Positions 38,380-47,803 of a stretch of DNA of 64,000 nucleotides are shown here, piece after piece. A program made the position numbers and the translations under genes. The stretch lies in IMG/VR virus record IMGVR_UViG_3300035212_003113, positions 124,001 through 188,000 of that record; one strand, 5' to 3'. The notes below the pieces were generated by a model. It did not search any database, was not told the origin of the DNA, and saw only the letters and a program-made list of their open reading frames with translations. Within the stretch, counting starts at the first letter, position 1; every line of letters starts with the position of its first letter.

Positions 38380-39157
38380 GACGGCAGCGCAACAGTATGC
38401 CGAGCTTAAACGAAATAAGCTAAACGCCGCGCGTCAAGCAAAGCTAGAATTAGCTGCATCTAGAGCCAGAAGAGCATCTGTTGCCAAAGATGACAGCATT
38501 GTGCCTTCTGCATCTGCCAATACTATCGGGAAAAGGAATATGAAAAAGGTACCGCTTTACTTCAATTTTGTTGGATCCAGACGCGACATGCTTGACACAG
38601 CGATGGAGTCATATGATCGAGTCGCTGGCGATCTGATAGACGTCAGAGTGCACTATTCATACAGACCGCGCAGATTCACAGAATGCTTAAATGAAATCCT
38701 GAAGATAAATGATGAGCCATACTTCTTCGCTCACTTTGATTCTGTTCTGACAGATCGTAGCGCTATAGAGAATATCCTTGCACATGAGCCAGGTCCCGCT
38801 GGACTAGTAGCGCACTGCTTGATTGTGGACCTTCTCATGTTGGTCGTGCCGAAGGCCGTAAGAAGCATAGGCGGGTGGGACGAAGCATACAGCAATTCCT
38901 GCATGGATCTCGACCTGCAACAGCGGCTGCATAGGAGTGGCCAGACGATGCACATAATTCATTCTGATATAGAGCAGGGCCGCGGAGTTGATCATTTTAA
39001 TGCCAGTGCCGCTAGAAAAGATCCTGCTATGAGAAAAGTGTATGGCGTAACAATGCAGCAGGATTACGACCGATACTATGACAAGTATCACAATCGGTCG
39101 GACCCAGGCTATTTGCATGTGTGTGAGTACATTAAAAAAGAATTTGGCGACGGCTGA
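38372..39157 (+). CDS. GT2-like glycosyltransferase with shared N-terminal tag
   Basis: FAHFDS, IGGWDE, MDLDLQQRL; N-terminus paralogous to 39556..40896. Confidence 0.75.
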   Translation: MSKTAAQQYAELKRNKLNAARQAKLELAASRARRASVAKDDSIVPSASANTIGKRNMKKVPLYFNFVGSRRDMLDTAMESYDRVAGDLIDVRVHYSYRPRRFTECLNEILKINDEPYFFAHFDSVLTDRSAIENILAHEPGPAGLVAHCLIVDLLMLVVPKAVRSIGGWDEAYSNSCMDLDLQQRLHRSGQTMHIIHSDIEQGRGVDHFNASAARKDPAMRKVYGVTMQQDYDRYYDKYHNRSDPGYLHVCEYIKKEFGDG

Positions 39158-39172
39158 TCTGGACTAGTCGGC

Positions 39173-39559
39173 ATGAAGCTTGAAGATCAACTGCATTTGC
39201 TAGAGCCTGTCAGCCTTGCAAGATTTTTTTCTTCCTGCGGTGGGTTTCCATCAGATTGCCAGAGTATGTCCGCGCACGAGGTCGCAGTGAGCTTGCTCAA
39301 CAGAGAGCTGTACGAAGCAGAATGGTCCACTGGAAACATGGAAACTGCTTGTGTATTCTGGTCATCAGGAAAGCTACGCTTAATAAGGCGTCAAACTTTT
39401 GACACTTTTGTGCCGCATGTGGTGGTGGTATCTGCACTTAGGGGTAGTTCGTTCTCGGCAAATGCTGTGCGCCTTGGTCTTTTGCGCTCTATTCATCCTT
39501 TTGCATACACTCCTGAATGGGTCGAATGTTTTGTGTTTGGCGCTAGGGGGGAGGTATGA
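39173..39559 (+). CDS. hypothetical protein, module gene X2 (paralog of 37993..38379)
   Basis: Same conserved blocks as X1; ATGA-coupled to next gene. Confidence 0.75.
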   Translation: MKLEDQLHLLEPVSLARFFSSCGGFPSDCQSMSAHEVAVSLLNRELYEAEWSTGNMETACVFWSSGKLRLIRRQTFDTFVPHVVVVSALRGSSFSANAVRLGLLRSIHPFAYTPEWVECFVFGARGEV

Positions 39560-40896
39560 GCAAGACAGCAGAGCAACGTTATGCCGAGTTCAAGAGGAAT
39601 AGGCTAAATGCCGCGCGACAGGCCAGGATAGAAATGGCCAAGGAAAGGATGCGCAAAGCCTCCGCCATTAAAAATAGCGCCATTTCTTCTAGTCAGACAA
39701 CTGTATTAGATAGCCCGCCCCAAGAGTCACCGATAGCAGTCAGCCATGTAGATAGTTCTTCTGCCGAGCAAGCAAGCACCATTAGTGATGGCTTGTATCA
39801 AGGCCTAGGTGATGAAGAATTTATAATACGACAATTCAAGGATTTCTGTGGTCGCAGTCCCAGTGCAGGCGAACTCAATGCCCATGTCGGTTCGCTTGCA
39901 TCCATGTCGCGATCCGCCGTCAATGACAGATTTGCTTACTGTGACGAGGTCGTGCGCCGTACATGGGCACACAAGAGTGCGCCATTTGATTCTCGATCTA
40001 CATTTAGCGGCTTCCATGGATTGCGAATTGCTGTTCTTCTTACTGGTCACCTAAGAACATTTAAGCAAACCTATCCTGTTTTGCGTTCGCAATTAATTAC
40101 CCCGGCATCCGCAGACGTTTTTGTTCATACGTGGGATACGCTAGGCATCCAGAGGCATGATCCTATATATGGTCCTATTCCTGATGACACTCTAAAAGTC
40201 GATATCTCTGAGATATATAGACTGCTTCCGGAGACGGTTGACGTTAGAGTAGAGGGCAATGCTGCATTTATCGCATGTGCGAAAACGCGCAACAGTCGTC
40301 CATATGTATTTGGATCAGGCAGTGGTCCTAATTCGAAAATGCTTAGCGCTAAGCCGGTTCTTATCGAGAGTCAGTTGTACGGCATATCTTCTGCTTTTAA
40401 GCTAATGGAGCAGCACGAAATAAAAAACGGCTTCAGATATGATCTTGTTATAAAGCTACGCTCGGACATGGAGGTTTTAGATTTTTTTCCTGATCTGGCA
40501 AATTTGAGCACAAAGGATCTTTGGGTTTCAAGCCCACCAGAGAATAATCACAACCACCCTGTATGCTTTGCATGCGAGAGAGGGCCGCACGAAGGGTGTC
40601 ATGCGACAGATGTGTGCGATACATATGCATATGGTGGCCGCGAAGCGATGGCACATTACTGCAGTCTGTGGGATAATCTCGAGACAGTATATGCCCGCAT
40701 GTGCGCAGAAAATAATGTTAATATTATGGATCCAACCGCATCTCACGGTCTTAGGGATGGGCACGTAGTTGTTCCAATTTGGAAAAATGGCGCTAGCCAT
40801 CGTCTGCATTGCTTTTATCCAGAAAGAATACTAAGACTGTATCTAGAGGGCTGGCATCTGAAAAAAGGACGCGTTTCGTGCAAGGTGAAGCGATGA
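39556..40896 (+). CDS. shared tag + DUF4214-like domain + putative glycosyltransferase domain
   Basis: LGDEEFI...GRSP...SR...F..E segment; IAVLLTGHLRTF, DVFVHTW, YDLVIKLRSD, PE. Confidence 0.7.
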   Translation: MSKTAEQRYAEFKRNRLNAARQARIEMAKERMRKASAIKNSAISSSQTTVLDSPPQESPIAVSHVDSSSAEQASTISDGLYQGLGDEEFIIRQFKDFCGRSPSAGELNAHVGSLASMSRSAVNDRFAYCDEVVRRTWAHKSAPFDSRSTFSGFHGLRIAVLLTGHLRTFKQTYPVLRSQLITPASADVFVHTWDTLGIQRHDPIYGPIPDDTLKVDISEIYRLLPETVDVRVEGNAAFIACAKTRNSRPYVFGSGSGPNSKMLSAKPVLIESQLYGISSAFKLMEQHEIKNGFRYDLVIKLRSDMEVLDFFPDLANLSTKDLWVSSPPENNHNHPVCFACERGPHEGCHATDVCDTYAYGGREAMAHYCSLWDNLETVYARMCAENNVNIMDPTASHGLRDGHVVVPIWKNGASHRLHCFYPERILRLYLEGWHLKKGRVSCKVKR

Positions 40897-41095
40897 ATAA
40901 GACGCACCTGCACTTCAACCATGCCGGTGCTCAGTCGTACGGCTGCATCATCCAGTATGTATGCTGCATTAATGAAGGCTGACCTGGAGACATGTTGTAG
41001 TCAAAAAGCGATCCAGATCTCCTCAGACTTGAGGCGCATATTCTAGAGGTATTTGGATAAACACACGATCTGCATTATAATTTTAAAACAAACAG

Positions 41096-41782
41096 ATGAT
41101 GAAAAAAATCGCAATCATAATGCCAACTCGTTCCGCTGGCGGCATCCGTAATACGGCTGCCCAACTAGCTTTTGCCAGCTGGCAGGCAACAACCTCTGGT
41201 CACTCCGACTTCTATTATGGCATGGACACAGATGATCATCATCTTTATGTAGTGCCTGCTGGTGCGAAAACTCTTATAAATGAGAGGTTGCGCCTTGTGC
41301 CAAAGCTAAATAGGATGGCGCAGCAGCTTCAAGAAGAGTACAAGTATTTGTATTTCATAGGCGATGATCATAGATTTGTGACAGCTGCATGGGAAGAGCG
41401 CTTTCTAGAGGATGCCGAAAAGACAGCTGGTTTAACCATAATGTACGGTAATGATCTACTGCAGGGTGCGGCTCTACCGACTGCGGTCTTCATAAGTACT
41501 GCTATCACCTCTGCGCTTGGCTTTATGGCACCTCCATGCATTCAGCATATGTATGCTGATAATTTTTGGAAGGACCTGGGCAGCTCTCTCGGTGTACTAA
41601 AATACTATCCCGATATCATAGTAGAACACATGCATTTCTCAGTTAAGAAATCTAAGTCTGATGCACAATATCGTGAGGTTGCTGCCCTACATAGATCTGA
41701 TGAAGTTGCTTATAAAGAATATCTAAAAAATACTTTTTCTGCTGATATTGAGCGCGTGAGGAAGGCGTGCGGATTGCTGTAG
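41096..41782 (+). CDS. GT2-family glycosyltransferase
   Basis: IIMPTR, DTDD, FIGDDH, HMYADN, VEHMH. Confidence 0.85.
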   Translation: MMKKIAIIMPTRSAGGIRNTAAQLAFASWQATTSGHSDFYYGMDTDDHHLYVVPAGAKTLINERLRLVPKLNRMAQQLQEEYKYLYFIGDDHRFVTAAWEERFLEDAEKTAGLTIMYGNDLLQGAALPTAVFISTAITSALGFMAPPCIQHMYADNFWKDLGSSLGVLKYYPDIIVEHMHFSVKKSKSDAQYREVAALHRSDEVAYKEYLKNTFSADIERVRKACGLL

Positions 41783-42777
41783 TAGGTGGTGGCTTTTACG
41801 GCTGCCTGATTGCGCTACGCTTGTCCGATATTAGCGTAGCGCAAATTGATTTATTTGAGAAAAAGGACAGGCTGCTATCGGGGGCAATCTCCGCAAATCA
41901 GCATCGACTGCACCTGGGGTTTCACTACCCGAGATGCGATCTCACGATATCTCAGGCGATAGAATCTTTTGAACTGTTTGGCTCGCATTATGGCTCTGCA
42001 GTAGAGAATATTGCAGATAACATATACTGTGTTCACGAGAGCAGTGGCGTATCTGCAGAAAATTATGCGGCAAAGATGCTGCAGCACGGGCTTGAGTTCA
42101 AAGAGGTCTCTACCCCGGATGCCATACTAGACAAGGGCTCGATGCCTCTCTCAATACGCGTCAACGAGAAAATGATAAATCTTTCTACTCTGACAAGTAT
42201 CGTGCGCGAGCAAGTATCTCAGTCAAAGGTAAATATTCTCCTTGGGACTGAGGCAGATCCCCGTGAATTATCATCTAGTTATGACTATGTGATAAACTGC
42301 ACATACACGGAGCCTGGTCTAGGCGTAGGTATTAAAACAAAATCAGAGCTGGCGGTCATGCTTCTTGCGCAAGCCCCCGCCCAGTGGGCAGGAAAGGCGA
42401 TAACAATAATGGACGGCCCATTCTGTAGCATATATCCTGCTGACAACGGGATGCATACAATAAGCTCCGTAGTTCATACGCCTGCTATCCGAGCTGCATC
42501 AAGCAGGATGCTAGAAAGAATAGCCGGATCACTCGGCCCAGCGGACTGGGCTGAGATAGATCAGAATATACTTTATCATGCTGGTTCTCTTGTTAATCTA
42601 GACGGCTTTAACATAGTTGGTCGCTATGTCACGATAAAGACAAAGCTCGAACAAGATCGGAATGATTTCCGAGGCACATTTGTTGTTCAAAAAGATAATG
42701 TAATTTCTGTTATGGCAGGAAAGATATCCTGCGCATTTCTTGTCATAGATGAAATTCTAAAAAAGATTGGTGCATGA
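41767..42777 (+). CDS. FAD-dependent oxidoreductase
   Basis: IAVVGGGFYG Rossmann motif, NQHRLHLGFHYPR, INCTY, TIMDGPF, GKI. Confidence 0.88.
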   Translation: MRIAVVGGGFYGCLIALRLSDISVAQIDLFEKKDRLLSGAISANQHRLHLGFHYPRCDLTISQAIESFELFGSHYGSAVENIADNIYCVHESSGVSAENYAAKMLQHGLEFKEVSTPDAILDKGSMPLSIRVNEKMINLSTLTSIVREQVSQSKVNILLGTEADPRELSSSYDYVINCTYTEPGLGVGIKTKSELAVMLLAQAPAQWAGKAITIMDGPFCSIYPADNGMHTISSVVHTPAIRAASSRMLERIAGSLGPADWAEIDQNILYHAGSLVNLDGFNIVGRYVTIKTKLEQDRNDFRGTFVVQKDNVISVMAGKISCAFLVIDEILKKIGA

Positions 42778-43511
42778 TGGATGCTATAGTCGGAGCGTCG
42801 GGCTTTGTAGGCGCAAGTCTCGCTAAGATAATAAATGCAAAGCATTTTACCTCTGCGAATATCTCAGAGCTAGCGGATCACCGGCCCGATACGGTATGGG
42901 TAGCTGCGCCATCTGCGGTCAAGTGGAAGGCCAATGCCGAGCCAGACGTAGACGCGGCCAGTGTGCGTGCCTTGTGCGCAAGCGTAAACTCTGCTGCTCC
43001 CACTAGAATAGTGCATTTCAGCACCGTCGATGTTTACGGCTCGGCCCAATTTGTTCATGCTCCAGATGAGAATGTGCTGCCACTGCCAGACTGTCCATAT
43101 GGAGCCAATCGCCTGTGGCTGGAAAACAACTGGAGTGCAGACTCCGTACAAGTAGTAAGATTGCCAGGTCTATTTGGCAGCGGACTGAAAAAGAACATTA
43201 TATTCGACCTAATAAACTCTCGGAATCACGGAGCTGTATCATTAGACAGCCATTTCCAGTGGTATGATATGTCGGACTTTGAAAGTCTAGTATCTGAAAT
43301 CAATTCAGCTGGACCCGGTGTATTGAATATAGCGGTCGAGCCACTGCACACAGAACTACTGGTTCAGAGTGCGTTTCCTGAGGTGCAAGATCTATGCACA
43401 GGAACCGGTCGTGCAAAATATGACATGCGGAGCAAGAATGGATACCGATTTTCAAAAGATATCGTCATTGAACAGATCCAGAGATACGTTGCAGCATGTC
43501 GCAATATGTAG
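42774..43511 (+). CDS. NAD-dependent epimerase/dehydratase-like SDR
   Basis: VGASGFVG, SAVKWKAN, STVDVY, YGANR, RLPGLFG, FQWYD. Confidence 0.88.
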   Translation: MMDAIVGASGFVGASLAKIINAKHFTSANISELADHRPDTVWVAAPSAVKWKANAEPDVDAASVRALCASVNSAAPTRIVHFSTVDVYGSAQFVHAPDENVLPLPDCPYGANRLWLENNWSADSVQVVRLPGLFGSGLKKNIIFDLINSRNHGAVSLDSHFQWYDMSDFESLVSEINSAGPGVLNIAVEPLHTELLVQSAFPEVQDLCTGTGRAKYDMRSKNGYRFSKDIVIEQIQRYVAACRNM

Positions 43512-44211
43512 CATATCAGGAGTAGCATTTCCAAAGATGGAGATTGCTCCAACCATGTACGGCGACTGGGAATCCCTGTTTTCTGGTGCTGCGAAAATAG
43601 ACATCGTACCCGCTGCAATTCAGAGTTGCTTTTTTAACACCAAGCATAATCTGTACTCTGGTCCAGATGAATGGGTCCAGCACTTGAATATGGTTGCGGA
43701 CCTCTCCCGTAGTCTGGGGTGCTTTTACTTGGTCGTAGGTAGCCCAGGTGCTCGTTTCGCGCCGGCCCACATGCTAGGCGTCCCCGGCGAGTTATCCGCA
43801 GCAGACCGTGTATTGGCAAATGTGCTTGCAAAAGCTGCCGACTCAAACAAAGACATCTTTTTTGGGCTAGAGGCAAATCCGGTCAAGTATGGAGCGAATA
43901 CGGCTACAGATGCTGCCTCAGCAATAAGAATAGCAGAGTTTGCAGATCGCAGCAATATATGCTTTCATATTGACACGGGTTGCCTAAGGGTTGCGGGCGA
44001 TGATCCGGTTCAAGTATTATCAGATGGCGCTGCAATAATTAAACGTGGCCACGTCTCTATGCCCGACTTGCTGCCATACGACGGGTCGGAGCGCGAGTTC
44101 ATACGCAAGGCGCTGCAGCTTGGCATAGGACTGAGTTATGAGGCTCGACCCAGTGCAACTGGAGAGGATGGTGCTGCACGTTTTTTGCAGGATGTTGAAG
44201 CAGCTTTATAG
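43489..44211 (+). CDS. sugar phosphate isomerase/epimerase (xylose-isomerase-like TIM barrel)
   Basis: EIAPT, VVGSPGAR, LEANPVKYG, HIDTG, HVSMP, SYE; start inferred at TTG 43489. Confidence 0.8.
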   Translation: MQHVAICSISGVAFPKMEIAPTMYGDWESLFSGAAKIDIVPAAIQSCFFNTKHNLYSGPDEWVQHLNMVADLSRSLGCFYLVVGSPGARFAPAHMLGVPGELSAADRVLANVLAKAADSNKDIFFGLEANPVKYGANTATDAASAIRIAEFADRSNICFHIDTGCLRVAGDDPVQVLSDGAAIIKRGHVSMPDLLPYDGSEREFIRKALQLGIGLSYEARPSATGEDGAARFLQDVEAAL

Positions 44212-44239
44212 GAATAGTTTAGAATGTTAACGGTGAAAT

Positions 44240-44560
44240 ATGAAGTCAAAGTGCAATGAATGCTGGGATCTGGCGCGGCAGTTTGCCGCTGCGGGCGACT
44301 CGGATCATGCTGCAGAGGCGGCGGAGCTGGGTCATAAATTTGCGGTCGCCGAGCGCCGGCCCCGTAAAGCTGAGCACGATCACGAGGGCCGCATGGCCGT
44401 TGGAGAGCTGAGCTCGCTTGCGAAAAACGTAGACGAGCTACGCTCTCTCGTAGGTAAAGACGACGAGCTTCCGGGCTGGGTCTCGGCCTATATTACGCTC
44501 GCTTCGGATTACATGAACAGCGTCGCGCAATACATGCGCCATCCTGACGACGAAGAGTAG
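44240..44560 (+). CDS. phage hypothetical protein
   Basis: DHEGRMA...DELPGWVSAYITLASDYM pattern recalled from large-phage proteins. Confidence 0.65.
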   Translation: MKSKCNECWDLARQFAAAGDSDHAAEAAELGHKFAVAERRPRKAEHDHEGRMAVGELSSLAKNVDELRSLVGKDDELPGWVSAYITLASDYMNSVAQYMRHPDDEE

Positions 44561-44616
44561 TCACTCGTCTGGCGATATATCTCCTGCCCCTCTATACAGA
44601 GCCACAGGAGATTGTC

Positions 44617-45678
44617 ATGAGTGACATAGGAATTACGTTTGATGATATTACGCTGGTACCGCAGCTAAATGAAGTGCGGAGCCGCAGCGAAGTTGTACTG
44701 GAAACAGTGTTAGGAGAAGTCCGACCACTGATGCTAAAAATTCCTCTTATTAGCGCTCCGATGGACACAGTGTCAAGTCCTGCGCTTGCAGCGTTGCTCT
44801 CTGACCGCGGCGGAATCTGTATCCTTCATCGCTATTTATCTATTGCTGACCAGGTAGCTCAGGTGCATGCTGCACGTGATTTCGCCCAGAACAAGGACGA
44901 GTTTCAAGTAGGCGCAGCGGTCGGCTCTACTGGCGACTACGAAGAACGGGCGGCGGCGCTTGTTGAGGCCGGAGTTGTGACAATCTGTGTCGACGTCGCC
45001 CACGGGCATTCGCGCGTGGTCGCAGATGCAATAAGGTCTTTGCGAAAGACGCACCCATCGCTCCACATAATGGCCGGAAATATTGCAACGGCAGAGGCTT
45101 ATGATTATCTTGTCGATGCCGGCGCAGATTCACTGCGGGTTTCGATTGGCAGTGGCTCGTGCTGCGAGACACGAGTAAACACTGGCCATGGACTTCCTGC
45201 GCTATACAGCGTAATAGATGTTGTGGCCAATGCTGGAACAGGACAACCGAATACAGCAGGACGCCGTCGTCCCGCTGGCGTCATTCTGGACGGAGGGATT
45301 CGTAACCCTGGCGACATTGTCAAATCACTTGCAGTAGGCGCCCATGCAGTTATGATGGGCAGCATGTTTGCTGGTACAGATGAGTCGCCAGGCAAGAGGA
45401 TTACGGTTAATGGCAAAGATAAAATCCTCTTCCGTGGAATGGCGTCGGCAGACTCTCAGCTAGAGTGGCGTGGCTTCGTTGGCAGCGAAGAGGGCACTTC
45501 TCATTACGTAGACCCAAAGGGCTCTGCCTCTGTAGTAGTAGATAAGATTCTGAACGGGGTGCGATCTGGCTTTACTTATACAGGAGCAAGAAACTTAGCA
45601 GAGTTTCATGCAAAGGCCCGATTTGTGAAACAGACCCTGTCCGGCCTAGTAGAGGGTCGCCCGCACATCAAACTTTGA
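44617..45678 (+). CDS. guaB: IMP dehydrogenase / GMP reductase family, no CBS domains
   Basis: TFDDITLVP, SAPMDTV, DVAHGH, AGNIAT, IGSGSCCETR, DGGIR, FRGMAS. Confidence 0.88.
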   Translation: MSDIGITFDDITLVPQLNEVRSRSEVVLETVLGEVRPLMLKIPLISAPMDTVSSPALAALLSDRGGICILHRYLSIADQVAQVHAARDFAQNKDEFQVGAAVGSTGDYEERAAALVEAGVVTICVDVAHGHSRVVADAIRSLRKTHPSLHIMAGNIATAEAYDYLVDAGADSLRVSIGSGSCCETRVNTGHGLPALYSVIDVVANAGTGQPNTAGRRRPAGVILDGGIRNPGDIVKSLAVGAHAVMMGSMFAGTDESPGKRITVNGKDKILFRGMASADSQLEWRGFVGSEEGTSHYVDPKGSASVVVDKILNGVRSGFTYTGARNLAEFHAKARFVKQTLSGLVEGRPHIKL

Positions 45679-45687
45679 GAGTCTAAT

Positions 45688-46449
45688 ATGAGCTATGCAG
45701 ATGGATATTGTTACTGGCCAGTTGATTATTCTATTATTCCGTCTGCGGCAGATGGCGTACTCTTGACAAAGTCTTCAAAGACCGAGGGCGCGCGAGCAGT
45801 TGTCGACGCAAGCTGGCAGGTGCCGGCTACAGCAACGCAGCTTCACAAGGTTAATCAAGGGGCGCATGCTTCTGCCGCAGATCTTGTAGAGCAGCAGATA
45901 GTTGGCATACGCAACGGCGCCAGTATTGATCTATATAAGATAGATTTTGTCAGTAAGCATAGGCCAGATCATGATCTGCATGATCGCGTAGATATGCTTG
46001 TGCTATCCGGTCTAATTAGCAAAGAGGTTCGCACGCTGACGTACTGGACTGACTTTGACGCAGAACTGATTCTACCTAAAACAGCTGCATCCAGCAGACT
46101 TTTTGTAGAAGATCTGCTTAAGCCGAAGGTAGTGGTAGTGGGAGGAGATGCCGTCGCCCAGCAGAACTCGACTGTTATTGTAGCGAGTACTGCAAAGCAT
46201 TCTTGGCCAGCCGTCAAAAAAGATCAGGATGATCTTGTAAGAATGGAGGCGACGGAGGATGGTGAGTGGAAATTTTGGTCGATTTGGAAAAATGGACCAC
46301 GGGTTTACTATCACCATGGACGTATCGGAGAGCCCTCTGGAAATGAGGGCGTCTACGTGGGCAGCTCAGTCCGAGCAGGCGGAGGAGCTGACACCTTTAT
46401 GCAACGCAAAATTGCAGAAAAGGTACGCAAAGGGTATGTAAAAGTGTGA
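45688..46449 (+). CDS. hypothetical protein with C-terminal WGR domain
   Basis: KFWSIW...YHHGRIG...KIAEKVRKGY. Confidence 0.75.
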   Translation: MSYADGYCYWPVDYSIIPSAADGVLLTKSSKTEGARAVVDASWQVPATATQLHKVNQGAHASAADLVEQQIVGIRNGASIDLYKIDFVSKHRPDHDLHDRVDMLVLSGLISKEVRTLTYWTDFDAELILPKTAASSRLFVEDLLKPKVVVVGGDAVAQQNSTVIVASTAKHSWPAVKKDQDDLVRMEATEDGEWKFWSIWKNGPRVYYHHGRIGEPSGNEGVYVGSSVRAGGGADTFMQRKIAEKVRKGYVKV

Positions 46450-46481
46450 TATTGCCGTACAGGCAGAAACGAGAATAATAA

Positions 46482-46745
46482 GTGGAAGATAATAAGGGGC
46501 GGCGTTTCTTTCGCCGTCGAGACCGCAACGAGGATGACTCGTTTGAGGTCAAAGTAGTACTCCGTGATGGAGAGACTGCTGAGTCGTTAGTTAGACGTTT
46601 CAAATGGGCCGTTGAGGCCAGTGGCGTACTGAAGGAGGTGAAAGATCGTGAATACGCCATGACGCCGTCTGAAAAAGCAAAATTCAAACAGCGCCGCGCT
46701 GCAAAGCGCCGAAACAAGTCTAGGCAAGATCGAGACGAGGGATGA
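46482..46745 (+). CDS. rpsU: ribosomal protein bS21
   Basis: VVLRDGETAESLVRRFK...GVLKEVKDREYAMTPSEK...AAKRR. Confidence 0.88.
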   Translation: MEDNKGRRFFRRRDRNEDDSFEVKVVLRDGETAESLVRRFKWAVEASGVLKEVKDREYAMTPSEKAKFKQRRAAKRRNKSRQDRDEG

Positions 46746-46750
46746 TTCCC

Positions 46751-46778
46751 AAACGGCCGGAGTAAAATCCGGCCGTTT
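46751..46778 (+). terminator. hairpin terminator after rpsU
   Basis: aaacggccgga-gtaaaa-tccggccgttt. Confidence 0.75.
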
Positions 46779-46856
46779 CTGCTATTAAATGGACAGCTGT
46801 ATTTTGTCTGCAGTTTAAGGCCACTGGATCTAGCTTGCAGAGTAGGAGTATAATTC

Positions 46857-47444
46857 GTGGCTAGACCTAAGAAACCAATTACGCCAATCGCGCCGCCACC
46901 GATCCAGCAGGGCCGGGATCGCATACTGCCGCACAATCCAAAGCGCAGCATATTGCTATTTGGAGAAGTGAATACAGATATGACAAAGCAACTGGCGGAG
47001 CAGATAGCGGTTCTCCTAAAAGAGGACGATAAGAGTCCTATTTGCGTAGTGGTCAATACTGAAGGAGGCGGTGTTTATGAATCATTTGCAATGCATGATC
47101 TCATTCGCGCCTGTTCCGTGCCGATCTACACGTACGGTCTTGGTACGGTAATGAGCGCCGGCACGATTATGCTTGCAGCAGGCAAAAAGCGGTATGCTTA
47201 TCCTAACTGCTGGATCATGGCTCATGAGCCGTGGTTTGTTGGCTCAGAGCTACGAGCAGGCGAGCTGAAAGCAGACCTGATGCACAATGAAAAACTGAGC
47301 ATGGTTTTCTACGGGCTTTATAGCCGTTACTGTCAGAAGCCAGCAGACATTATTGAAAACGATCTAAATGGCAGGACGATATACTTCAATGCAATCGAGG
47401 CGAAGAAGTATGGATTTGTGGACGACATCGTAGATATCGACTAG
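46857..47444 (+). CDS. clpP: ClpP-family protease
   Basis: LFGEV, NTEGGGV, VMSAG (Ser), MAHEP (His), YFNAIEAKKYGFVD. Confidence 0.9.
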   Translation: MARPKKPITPIAPPPIQQGRDRILPHNPKRSILLFGEVNTDMTKQLAEQIAVLLKEDDKSPICVVVNTEGGGVYESFAMHDLIRACSVPIYTYGLGTVMSAGTIMLAAGKKRYAYPNCWIMAHEPWFVGSELRAGELKADLMHNEKLSMVFYGLYSRYCQKPADIIENDLNGRTIYFNAIEAKKYGFVDDIVDID

Positions 47445-47494
47445 CTGGTCTGCTCGGAATATGACCCAGCTTCTAATGAGAAGGGCTAGGCGCA

Positions 47495-47803
47495 GTGAAC
47501 AGAGCAGATCTTGTATTAGGATGCAACGGTCGGGAGGAGCACGGCATATGCTTGTGCGGTGGTACCTCATCTGTCTTGCTAGATATGGCCAGTATATCCG
47601 TTACAGATCGCAGATTCTACGATTACATGTTCAAGCTAATGCGGCTCGAGACCCGGCCAATTACAGACTACAATGCTGTCATTAGCGCCCTCCAGTTCTT
47701 GAAAGATTCGTATCTAACCGAGCAGCAATATAATTCTATCGGCGAGTGGTTGCGCTTTCATAAGCGCTGCGGTATATATATGTACAGGAGTTCCTATGAG
47801 TAA
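47495..47803 (+). CDS. hypothetical protein
   Basis: 102-aa ORF overlapping the next start. Confidence 0.5.
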   Translation: MNRADLVLGCNGREEHGICLCGGTSSVLLDMASISVTDRRFYDYMFKLMRLETRPITDYNAVISALQFLKDSYLTEQQYNSIGEWLRFHKRCGIYMYRSSYE

